Under the pieces are notes generated by a model. It had not been told where the DNA came from. It made no database searches and saw only the letters and a list, made by a program, of their open reading frames with translations. From Laetmonice hystrix (lineage: Eukaryota): a stretch of DNA of 64,000 nucleotides. This document shows, piece by piece, positions 1 through 12,700 of this stretch (its first letter is position 1; each line of letters opens with the position of its first letter). The DNA lies in the NCBI GenBank assembly GCA_965235115.1, contig OZ249440.1:3224001-3288000 (forward strand). Reading direction: 5' to 3'. A program made the translations under genes and the position numbers.

Positions 1-960
1 ATCACGATACATGACAAACGGTACGATACGTATCACTATACATAACAAACGATACGATACGTATCCCGATACATGACAAACGATACGATACGTATCCCGA
101 TACATGACAAACGATACGATACGTATCCCGATACATGACAAACGATACGATACGTATCACGATACATGACAAACGATACGATACGTATCACGATACATGA
201 CAAACGATACGATACATATCACGATACATGACAAACGATACGATACGTATCACGATACATGACAAACGATACGATACATATCACGATACATGACAAACGA
301 TACGATACATATCACGATACATGACAAACGATACGATACGTATCACGATACATGACAAACGATACGATACGTATCACGATACATGACAAACGATACGATA
401 CGTATCCCGATACATGACAAACGATACGATACGTATCACGATACATGACAAACGATACGATACATATCACGATACATGACAAACGATACGATACATATCA
501 CGATACATGACAAACGATACGATACGTATCACGATACATGACAAACGATACGATACATATCACGATACATGACAAACGATACGATACGTATCCCGATACA
601 TGACAAACGGTACGATACGTATCCCGATACATGACAAACGGTACGATACGTATCACGATACATGACAAACGATACGATACGTATCACGATACATGACAAA
701 CGATACGATACGTATCCCGATACATGACAAACGGTACGATACGTATCCCGATACATGACAAACGGTACGATACGTATCACGATACATGACAAACGATACG
801 ATACGTATCCCGATACATGACAAACGGTACGATACGTATCCCGATACATGACAAACGGTACGGTACATATCACGATACATGACAAACGATACGATACGTA
901 TCACTATACATGACAAACGATACGATACGTATCACGATACATGACGAACGGTACATATCA
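1..960. repeat. 31-bp minisatellite, ~30 copies (open at window start)
   Basis: Unit ACGTATCACGATACATGACAAACGATACGAT. Confidence 0.95.
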
Positions 961-2610
961 CGATATTCCTTAATTAATCTATACATGCTTGATGCCGAGA
1001 CTGTCCCGAAAATCGGGAATTAGCAGCCTGTGCCAAAATATTGTCAGCTTTCCCAGAAGTGATTTCGCTAGGAATGATCACAGAGGAATCAGTCTGGAAC
1101 TGGAGTGGCACTTGGTACGAGCACGTCTATGGCTCTCTAGGCACCTGGCAAGGAGAGAGTAACCAAAAACTAAAAGTTGGAACTGGCAGTGGCGGGGTTC
1201 AGGTCCTACCGTTCGAAGATCTGGCGTCTGGAGAACACACGATAACCCATTGAGAGACAACTGATTTGGAACCATGCCGCAGATTGAGCCCACTGACGGG
1301 GTACAGGTTCTATTGCTAGATCCCTTTAGAAGAGTTGTGTCCACCTATCGCCGAGTTACACCCTCACCTCTCCAGGTGGACACACACCAACCGAGCCGAA
1401 CTCTTCGTACTGTCAGGTTTTCAACAGCGTCTGTTTCCAGACTACGACCGAACGTGGAGACCGGTGCCTCGTAGTTCCCTACATTACTACAGTGGTGGTA
1501 ACTGCTATATATAACATCCCCCAGGTCGGGGACCACACAACGTGTACATACCACTCTCAAAGTTTTGCTAAGATAAACACAAAGTTCCTTCCAAACTATA
1601 GGTGATGAAGCACTTAGGGCTTTACGTAAACAATAAATGTTAAAGGGGCATATTATGAGGAAACTATGAGGTATTTCATAGAACTTTTGCTGTTTTCATA
1701 AAGAGATCCTTCATTAAAATTACTTGGTAAACAAAGACAGACTTATCAGTTTCATTTTGCGTGAGAAATCGAAGTTTATTAAGCTCCCTTGCCCGCTTCT
1801 CTGCCGATTTCGTAAAATATTTTTTGGGTGGCATTCTGATGCCGGGCGATCGAGTGCCATTGCTGAATTGTTTACAACTAAGCAAAGCACGTGACTAAGC
1901 ACATGCAGAGAGTGCACACACAGGATGTGACACAGTATGCAAATACACGGGTTGATGGTAGCTAGGTTGTCTACCAAATTATGGCGGGAGAAGTGCTATC
2001 GGGAGAAATCTATAGGTTTGGTCGTATAGAACCTATACTTGTGCTGCATACGCAGCGAAAACACGTCGGAGGACGAAATGCTGTGGTAGGATTATTTACT
2101 TGGATCCCTAGTACACGGTCATGTTGGATAATTGCCGGAAATCCTCAAAAACGCAAAATTGCGAGGTCAGCGCCCTCTACACAGTCACGTGTGCATGTCT
2201 TGAGAGCCATTTGATATGCAAATTAGGCTGTCCGTACCAGGGTCAGACTATTGTTAGACGCTCTATTGTTAGACGCTCTATTGTTCAGCCTTGTTCTCCT
2301 CACTGCCGCCCAAATAAATGCAAGCAGGCATTGTCTGAAACACTGGATGGTGTGGCTTGAAATGAGAAGAATGGTGACAGATACTTTGTGCGAATTTTGC
2401 CCATCGGACTTCTTTCTTTAATCTTTTAATTATTGCCAGCGTAAGTTTCCCTGTAATTTTACATACATATTGATAGTCATCTTCAAGCAAGGAACCTACA
2501 TAAAGGAACCATACTACCAGTCAAAGACAATATAATCTTAATTGAAAAAAGTAAAGAAGGGAGGTATTTTCGGAAAAGAACTATAAATGTACCTTGCCCT
2601 AAACTAAATC

Positions 2611-3065
2611 CCCATGGTACGATCATCAGGCATGCCAAGTAATTACCCCTTCCCCATGGTACGATCATCAGGCATCCCAAGTAATTACCCCTTCCCCATG
2701 TTACGATCATCAGGCATCCCAAGTAATTACCCCTTTCCCGGCCTACACAAACCCCATTTCATTACCCCTTTTCCTCGGCCTACTCCAAACCCAAGTAATT
2801 ACCCCTTTCCCTCGGCCTACACCAAACCCAAGTAATTACCCTTTCCCTCGGCCTACACCAAACCCAAGTAATTACCCCTTTCCCTCGGCCTCCACCAAAC
2901 CCAAGTAATTACCCCTTTCCCTCGGCCTACACCAAACCCAAGTAATTACCCCTTTCCCTCGGCCTCCACCAAACCCAAGTAATTACCCCTTTCCCTCGGC
3001 CTACACCAAACCCAAGTAATTACCCGTTTCCGTCGGCCTATATTACACATACCCAAGTAATTATC
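2611..3065. repeat. Compound minisatellite: 42 bp x3, then 36-37 bp x~8
   Basis: Both unit types share the core CCAAGTAATTACCCCTT. Confidence 0.9.
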
Positions 3066-4679
3066 CCCAATGTCGTCAGAATGTTACTATAAGGAATAAC
3101 CAAAGGGAATGTGTGTAATTATTTTTTCAAGACATCCGAAGTTCTCCCTAACTTTGCTGTATCATTGCCGCCGGGTAGTTTCTGCCGGAATGCCTCCGAA
3201 TTGGTCTGTGATTCTCATTAATAACGATACTATGGTCTCAGGTATGCGTACAAATGTTTGTTCCTGCCTCCAGGCCTGACTAACCTTCCGACTGATCTAA
3301 GGTAAACATCAATTAGTGGCCATCAGGAAGACTTTGCTACACCGTAAGTCGGAAAACGCCGGAATCCAGCGTCCCTACTCGCGTTTATCATGGACGATTT
3401 ATTCTCCTGAACAACATTGCCGGCCATATCCTCTGAGATATATGTCCGGTGGAAATCCTTCGGTTGGCATAGAAACCCACGGAGACGTGTGGAATGATCA
3501 CTTGTTTGTCAAAGGTTACTCACCGGCAGAGGGCAGCACTAAGGGACCACTGGTATGCCGGTCGGTAGGTGTCGCTGGGAGCGGTAACTGTAGCCTACTT
3601 GTAAACAATGTTCTGTCATCAGTCCACGCAGTCTCGATCATCCAGACCCTCAGCGGCCCGAGCAGAGGGTCTGGAAAAGTTCCTATGTGAGAGTTGTTCG
3701 TTTCGTTGAGCCCGTAAGCGGCCCGTTTACTCGGTTCCAGTTTCCGGTTTGCTCGCAGCTGATTGGTCCATACCGAAAATCTATCAAGAGCCGGAGCATC
3801 GGGGGGGGGGGGGGGGGGGGGGTCGCATGCTGCGACCGAGCGTGGGAATATCAAGCCGGACGGGGCGTGAGCAGGTGATCCCGTCGTCGGGCCTGCCAGC
3901 GTGTTCACGCGTCCCACAGAATCTAGCCATTCACTCGTTTTTTTAAACAATTTTAAACCGGTCTGAGGTTTTAAAAATATATGCTCCTAACATATATCAT
4001 AAGCCTTAGTTTGTGGGTAGTACGTTTGATAACGATTCCTAGCGCAGTGAGCTAGTATTATGAAAAATTACGAGTTGATTGTCGGCTGTCCGACACTGAC
4101 AGTGCAGCGACTCGCGCCCGGGTGCCTGGTCTGCCGGCGAGGGTTAGAACATTCTAACTAACCGCAGTCGGGCTGAGCCCTTCCTTCATATGTTTCAATG
4201 ACTGACGCTGGGCATTAAATAACATATTGACATCTCACGACACTGTTTATTCTTAGCTATAGGCCTAATACTAGAACAATCTTATTCAGGCAAACTGACC
4301 AAAACAAACACCGCTCTGAGATCGCTTACGACATGGAGCACGGGGCGTGACTACTGCGCCACCTTGTGACGAACAAACGCCAGACACAAACTTTCCCAGA
4401 CTCACGTACAGCGAGAGAGAGTCGGGTGACCGAGACTGCAGTCCACGCCGTCCTCCCGGACCCTCTGGTCAAACCAACCCCTCAATAATCTTATAATTAG
4501 CGTTCTTTGTGGCCCTCTTTACGCCAAGGTGTAGGGGCAATCTGGCAAAATGTTATCATTAATATTTGAAAATAAGAAAAATAGGAAGAAGTGTGTTACA
4601 TAAAATTTCACTACCATTTCTGTGACATCGGAAACTTAAAATCAAGTAATGTAAGACCTACATGAATTCGGAAGCCCAC

Positions 4680-4740
4680 CGCTGCGCCGCGCTGCACCGC
4701 GCTGCGCCGCACTGCGCCGCGCTGCGCCGGGCTGCGCTGT
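4680..4740. repeat. 10-bp GC-rich repeat x6
   Basis: GCTGCGCCGC units. Confidence 0.8.
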
Positions 4741-7700
4741 CACCGACCCGGACCGTCCTAGTCTGTCCGATCGGTCGCTAGCAATGTCACTTATTATTTT
4801 GCCGACCGGCACATAAACCCAAGGATTGATCTCGACTTAAACGGTCACGCCCCCTTAGATCCGAGACAAACACAATTTGTCGGAGGTGTACTCGGACCGG
4901 GTATGCTGGCAATGTGTGGTTTAATCTGCCACCACCGTGAGTTATGATAGATGAGTGGTCACTGTCCTTGGCATTCATCAACCGGGGTGAGGGGGGGGGG
5001 TCCCGCTTGGTACGTAACATTCGCACCGAAGGGATTCGGGAAACGGGTAGGGCAAGGGCAGGGGCGAGTTTGTTTTCATCTCTTTTGCCTTTTTTTTTTT
5101 TTTTTTGGGGGGGGGGGGGTCTTGGCGCCGTGGGGAACCTAGGGCCAGCGCCACAGTGCACGCCGGGAAGGTTGTGCTGTCGTTAGGATTCCTGCACCAC
5201 GGCATGTGGTGAACGACGGGGGAGGGAGTGAGAGGGAGTGAGAGGGAGTGAGAGGGAAGGGGGTCCTCCGTCCTCGGCCTACCATGATTGACAGGGACGC
5301 TATAACCTTCATCACCCGATTATTCGCCTTTGTAAAAGAGCGAGGCGTTCTCCTCTGTTTTTCAATTACACTACTCGGTTAATATTCCGTCATATGACGT
5401 CATCACATCGTCAGCTCGAGGCGCGGTCCGAGAGAGGCCACGGGAACCAATCTATCCTGGCTGACACTCACACACAAACATGTCACGGCCGACCACACCA
5501 CCAAATCTTTATCCGCACACTTTGTCTATGGATAGCGGAGGATAAACTCGACCAATCCGCACAAGGTAATCAAGACTTTAAGATAAATGACTTCAGCAGT
5601 TGGCTGAGGCTGGCGCTCGTTTGTTTGCGGTACTGTGTGCTCATCTCACAGCTTCTCATCCGGGCACTGAGCTTGAAATGACCCCGCCAGAGCAGATCAT
5701 CCCCTAACCGTTTTAAAGATTATTGCCCATTCGCCGCACAGCCAGGTCACTGAGGCGACACGAGGTACGGATCAAGCTAATCTCCACCCTTTCATATATC
5801 GTTGAAAGAATCAGGCCATACAATTGTGATAAATTGACGGTTTGGCCGAGTCATTTCCTTCCAAGAATGGCGCCGGTTGAGATGGAACGGGAAATGAATC
5901 TAAGCCAGAGTCGACGCTGGAATACGAGAACCTGCGAGAATACAGCGCCCTCTGGTGAGACGCCGTCAGGGTTGACGTTGTACAGCGCCTCCTAGGGGAC
6001 GATCCTGAAGTTTTTTACAGTCGGTTCAAATATGAGATGGCAGTTTCCATCATTGGTGGTCGTCCACCCGTATACACATGTGTACCGAGCGGTTTATAGA
6101 GGGACAATAAGATGGGATTGGGGTGGGGTAGGGTGGGGTGGGGTTGGGGTGGGGTGGGAACAAACACACTGGTACCCATGGCATATAAAGGGGCAATGTA
6201 CGTTAAACTTACAGCTAGCATCTATTCAAGATCCACTAATCCAAGTTAAAATGAAAAAAAGAATATTGGAAAAGAGTAGGCCTATGACATTAGGGTATTT
6301 TGCAACGAGGAGGCGTATTAAATCTTTTGCGAGTTCCGACAGTACGAGAGGAATGATGAGAACGGATTGTGTAAGATGAAGGAACCACTCCATGTTTGTT
6401 TTTTGTTTTTTGTTTTTTGAGTGAATCAAGACTTTGAACACCGCTCTATTGTCTGCTATTTACTTACGTTTCACTCCCCTACTCTTACCTTTGACAGAAC
6501 GAGACACTTTCAGTGTTGATTGTTTCTACATACTTTCAGAAATCAAAAGCTTTAAAGAGCATTTTAATTTCCTAAATGCTCTTCTAATGAGCAACATTTT
6601 AATTTGTTCTATGCTTTGATGGGATCCTTAGAAATTTGGGCTCAGATCTATGTTCTCGTACGGGATGAGAACGATCCTCTACGGCTCCCACTTCCTGTTG
6701 GTGTCCCAGCATGCATCTCTCTGACCCGGGAGGTGTTCATAATTCCGTCAGTAAAAGATGCAGGCATGGGGGCCAGTGTAGCCAAGTTTCGTGTGCGTTT
6801 AGGAAAACTAACTTCTCCCTAGTGGAGGCCCAATGGCCGTTCTTGCCAGAGAGCGAAACTTATCAGTTCAAGACTTTGTGCTGCCATAATTATGTCGCAT
6901 CATGCTTTCAAAGCTTGGAAATAAGTGAAATAAGTTACTTTAAGTGTGTTTAACAATATTTAGTCCAGATCTATGGATAGGGGATGTTTTTTCACACGAT
7001 GGCCTGGGGATTTGTTTGGGTACACCTGGAATTTACACACAGTGACGTTGTCTCTGTACACGGATACTTTGTCATAGACATGACTATTATACATGACCTA
7101 CATCTGCCTGCGTGACAGCGTACGTTTGTAGTACTTGACCCCCCGCAATGATGTTACCGTTTTGTTGATTATCGCCTCCAGGTAATTTCATATTGCTCAT
7201 TTCATATAACGCATACTCGGAAAACAACTTCTGGCACTGATGGGTTTTTTAAAAAGAACACATTATTTATCAGGAGTAAAAATCTGTGAAGTAATTATTC
7301 TGGCCACGTAAACGTCGTAATGCTTGTAAAGGGCCGCCATACGACAAAAATGTCCCTTTTTGAAGACGAGTACAAGGTAGCGTAAATCTAAATGGCATTT
7401 TAATTGATGAACATGAAAAAAATTTTTGCTGTACCAGTGGCAGTAAGCTTAATGGATAAACGGATATTTAAAAGCAATATATTTGATGTAGGAAGGGAAT
7501 TTGGCTCTAGGTTTTTCCATTCCGCCCGCTGCATACGAAGAAGGTGATAGGGATCTTGACAATGTTTCTACGCTTACTAAAGTCTGACAACAACAAAATG
7601 TGGCCTTTAAATCCACTTTATTAATTCGTATTTATTTAAAGCTGAATTAGTTAGAAACTTTGTGTCCTGTCCAGGACGGCATTGACTTGTATAAATCACC

Positions 7701-7780
7701 AACAGTATACATCACGGATAATTATAATATATAATATATGATTAGACAACACAGCCTCATGATTCCAATTTACCTATGAT

Positions 7781-8752
7781 AAAAGTCCTTACTGACAATA
7801 GTACGGCTTGGTACCATTAGAAAAGTCCTCACTGACAATAGTACGGCTTGGTACCATTAGAAAAGTCCTTACTGACAATAGTACGGCTTGGTACCATTAG
7901 AAAAGTCCTCACTGAGTACTGGGGACTAATGGTCCGGCTTGGTACGGCTTGGTACCATTAGAAAAGTCCTCATTGACAATAGTACGGCTTGGTACCATTA
8001 GAAAAGTCCTCACTGACAATAGTACAGCTTGGTACCATTAGAAAAGTCCTCACTGACAATAGTACGGCTTGGTACCATTAGAAAAGTCCTCACTGACAAT
8101 AGTACGGCTTGGTACCATTAGAAAAGTCCTCACTGACAATAGTACAACTTGGTACCATTAGAAAAGTCCTCACTGACAATAGTACGGCTTGGTACCATTA
8201 GAAAAGTCCTCACTGACAATAGTACAGCTTGGTACCATTAGAAAAGTCCTCACTGACAGTAGTACGGCTTGGTACCATTAGAAAAGTCCTCACTGACAAT
8301 AGTACGGCTTGGTACCATTAGAAAAGTCCTCACTGACAATAGTACGGCTTGGTACCATTAAAAAAGTCCTCACTGACAATAGTACGGCTTGGTACCATTA
8401 GAAAAGTCCTCACTGACAATAGTACGGCTTGGTACCATTAAAAAAGTCATCACTGACAATAGTACGGCTTGGTACCATTAGAAAATTCCTCACTGACAAT
8501 AGTACAGCTTGGTACCATTAAAAAAGTCCTCACTGACAATAGTACGGCTTGGTACCATTAGAAAAGTCCTCACTGACAATAGTACGGCTTGGTACCATTA
8601 GAAAAGCCCTCACTGACAATAGTACGGCTTGGTACCATTAGAAAAGCCCTCACTGACAATAGTACGGCTTGGTACCATTAGAAAAGTCCTCACTGACAAT
8701 AGTACGGCTTGGTACCATTAGAAAAGTCCTCACTGACAATAGTATGGGTTGG
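7781..8752. repeat. 40-bp minisatellite, ~23 copies
   Basis: Unit GAAAAGTCCTCACTGACAATAGTACGGCTTGGTACCATTA. Confidence 0.95.
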
Positions 8753-8984
8753 CACCGCTACAATGGCACGTATAGAATCTCGACTCGTGATTGGTCCATT
8801 CACAAACTGCTCGTAGTATTCTCAGGGATCAGTTCTAAAAACGTATTGCTTACTCTTCAGCTTAACGCTTCGGATTGGTTGGTCGAAATGGATCAGCCAA
8901 TCAGAAGCGCTGGTGAAAACGGACCAGCCAATCAAAAGCGTTCAACTGTATCCAGAACTAATCATCCATCTATTTTATCCATCG

Positions 8985-9620
8985 CCAGTCCCCCAGGACA
9001 CAGGGTGGTGCCCTACATTCGACCCATGTCGAGGAGGGAACCGTTCCGACCGTCTACATGCCCGAACCAGTCCCCCAGGACACAGGGAGGTGTCCTACAT
9101 TCGACCCATGTCGAGGAGTGAACCGTTCCGACAGTATGACCGAACCAGTCCCCCAGGACACAGGGCGGTGTCCTACATTCGACCCATGTCGAGGAGGGAA
9201 CCGTTCCGACAGTATGACCGAACCAGTCCCCCAGGACACAGGGAGGTGTCCTACATTTGACCCATGTCGAGGAGGGAACCGTTCCGACCGTATGACCGAA
9301 CCAGTCCCCCAGGACACAGGGAGGTGTCCTACATTCGACCCATGTCGAGGAGGGAGCTGTTCCGACCGTCTACATGCCCGAACCAGTCCCCCAGGACACA
9401 GGGTGGTGTCCTACATTCGACCCATGTCGAGGAGGGAGCCGTTCCGACAGTATGACCGAACCAGTCTCCCAGGACACAGGGAGGTGCCCTACATTCGACC
9501 CATGTCGAGGAGGGAGCTGTTCCGACCGTCTACATGCCCGAACCAGTCCCCCAGGACACAGGGAGGTGTCCTACATTCGACCCATGTCGAGGAGGAAGCC
9601 GTTCCGTCCGTATGACCGAG
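8985..9620. repeat. 78/82-bp minisatellite, 8 copies, overlapping the kinase last exon
   Basis: Units start CCAGTCCCCCAGGACACAGGG, in two length variants. Confidence 0.93.
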
Positions 9621-9763
9621 GGATAACCTGTTTTTGGTGATGTTTCCGCATGGCGGTCGTAGCGTTTTGACCCTCTAAAATCTCCGCCAGTTGACTGTTG
9701 ATTTCGGTGAAGTTCGGTCGAGCCGCTGGGTCCGCCTTCCAACAGTGCCACATCAACAGAAAC
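9571..9763 (-). CDS. RTK probable last exon: kinase subdomain XI and short tail
   Basis: [19 protein letters not shown]. The frame closes at a TAG (9571-9573) that lies inside a tandem repeat, so the true 3' end is uncertain. Confidence 0.75.
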
Positions 9764-12700
9764 CTAGAAACCAAAACCAGCCATTGTTATAACCACATTC
9801 AAACTACAGGGCCAGGTTTGCGGAAGGGTTTAAGTTTAAACTTAAGCTGGAAGCTTCTCATTGGTTGGTCTGCTACAACCAGCCAGTCAGAAGTTAAATC
9901 TAAGCTTAAAGTGCTACAGACATCACATCGGCACCTTTAGTGATCTAGATAGATCACTGTGAGTTGTATACGTGTCCGGGATAGGTTTTTTTGATAAATA
10001 CTCAGAAAGTAATATATTGACAATTTTAATCATGCGCTGCCCGTGATGACGTCAGCACGGGCGGGCGGGTGGGACCTGGAGGGAAGGCGACTGGCAGACA
10101 GATGGCCAGGAGAATTGGTCACTTTGATCACGGATTACAGACAGTTCACGTTGTTGTACAACAACCGTTCCTTTACATAACAACGACACATTACAAGTAT
10201 TATCGGGATCTGGTACAAAATGTCATGTTAATTCTGATGTCTGTACCACTTTAAGCTTTAGGTAAGATAGTACATTTTCAAAAACCTCGACTGGGACGTA
10301 TTTCTCTGTCTATTATGAATTCTATATCATTTTGCAGTCTTGTTTTATTCGTATGAAACACAAAAGTTAATTGAAACTGGTGAGGATGGCGACGCTTTAT
10401 AATGGCATGCTTTTTATAGACTGAGAAATCTTCTATGACTGACTGAAGATCTCTCTCGTGGATGGAGGAAAAAGGACAATATGCTGTAATTACAATTCGT
10501 TAGGAGCGAAGTCTGGCTTGTCCATGCGGTTTCCACACATGATGTAAGTCTTCATATCGAAACTGTCGACATCAGGGTAGGGTGTACACCCTCGGGTCAT
10601 CAGTTCCCATAGCAACACGCCGAATGACCACTGAAAATAACCACAATGTTGATTAGAGTTATATGTAGAGAGTTTCCCCTCGGAGCGGCCACGGTTAGAC
10701 TTGCCGTGTTGTGACGTCGGACTAGTTGTCAGACACATTTGTGGCGACATGTTGACCATACTCCATCTGTCCTAAACATGGTCGGTAGATGGAAGTGTCT
10801 TCATAAACAACACCCCCCCCCCCCCGCCAATATCGGAATACTCGAGTCCGACATCTCGCTTAATGACATCACGTTATTGCTCCTCGTTGAATAATTAATA
10901 TTACCTTCTGACGTCACTACAGATGAAGAAAAATGAACGCTACTTATGTGGCACCATTTAATGTGAACTAGAACGCCCTTGTGTACCGAGCACATCATCG
11001 AAGTTGAGATTATGTAAAGGGAAAGCGGCCCCCTAGATAAAGATGGCGGCTATAACGTCACCATTCACAGAAAATGGAATGAATATCTTTTCTTGCCTCC
11101 TTGATGGCGACACTTAGAGCAAAGATGGTGGCCTCTGGGCCAGCCTTACCACGTCACATTTTGTCGTGTACAGTCCTCGCTCCAAACTCTCGGGCGCCAT
11201 CCATTTCACCGGAAGTGACCTCGAGAGGTCGCCCTCTTTATAATAGTCGCTCTCGTAAATATCACGTGACAAGCCGAAGTCAGCGATCCTGACGACGAGA
11301 TTTTTGTCGACCCTGTGGATTAGAAACGAGTCGTGTAGGTTGATCGCAGTGCTCTAATACGCCGGCGAGCAGACATTACATTATACTGCGCGGCCGTTGA
11401 GGGGCAGAATTTTCAGCAATCACCTTCAAAGTCAGGTACACTAAGGGGCCGTCCATCATTTTCATCATTTTCACGAGCGTACAAACCGTACTAAGGGGGG
11501 GAGGGGGTCTAGGTCCTGCGTACGCTTTTATGAAAAAAATAATGATGAAATATATAGGCCTAGGCCTACTATTTGCCGCCAGAGCTCTCGCCCTGCGAGA
11601 GCGGCGGGCGTCTTGTATAGGCCTATCTGAATTTGGGGTGCCTGTGTTTATAAGTTCAGCATTTATACAGCTCGTTAACCAATTTTTCAGATCTATGAGC
11701 GGATATATAGGGCAATGGGTGCCGAGAATTTCAAAGAAATCGGTTCAGGGGAAGGGACAGAGCTCACCTTTTAATTCATGTCGGGAATTAGCCTATAATA
11801 AGACTCTGGTGCATGGGCGGCTCAGGCCTATACCTGAGTTTGGGGTGCCTGTGTTTATAAGTTCAGCATTTATACAGTTCGCGATATTCTTTAACCAAAT
11901 TTTCAGATCTAAGGGCGGATATATTGGGGAATTGGTGCTGAAAATTTCAAAGAAATCGGTTCAGGGGGAGGGACAGCGCGTCCCTTTTAATTCATTAATA
12001 GTCGGGAATTATAGACTGCGACAGGCGGCTTTTATGAATGCTTGTGCTTGTGTTTTGATATTTTTTAAACAAATTTTCGGAATTAAGGAGCGGATGGATA
12101 TATGGGGGAATTGTCATTGAAAATTTTAAAGAAATCAGTTTGTGGGGAGGGACAGGGCCCACCTTTTAATTCATGTCGAAAATTATTCCGTCTGGGCCAC
12201 TAGAGTGACACATTAGGCCTACTACTTCGTTAATATAACTGGGAAAATCCTCAGTTTGGGGGGAAATTTGCCTTCGTTATAGACGTAATTTGGATATAGC
12301 CGAATTCGTTATATCAGTATTTTATTACATAAAAAATAACAGGGAAAAATTCTGTGTACATTATAACCGGACTCTGGACTGTAGTAAAAAAAACTGACAG
12401 AGTGCGAATCGACCGATAGATCTAATCAAATATCGCGCTGCTGGCTAGCTCTGTACAGCTTCTCCGGCAGACCCAATGCCGTAATTACTTTTTTCTGACA
12501 TTTTTGGACGTTTAAAAATGCAGGAATACATCTTGTGAGGTTGATGTTTTATTTTTGTAATTAAAAAGCATATCCAGGTTTCTAGGTGTGTCTCCATTTC
12601 ATTTTATGATGGCTCTTCATGGGACGATGACAAGTGGTACGAAACACCACTACCAGGGTACCGTAAAAAGTCATCATCATTTTTTTCACGGATGGTGCGT

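Noticed and set aside
970-1560. Coding-like stretch with short ORFs
   Set aside because: Interrupted by stops in all frames and no recognisable family.
3516-3950. 144-aa Pro-rich ORF as the RTK's missing C-terminus
   Set aside because: The poly-Pro comes from a G homopolymer, there is no suitable acceptor, and it lacks docking-type motifs.
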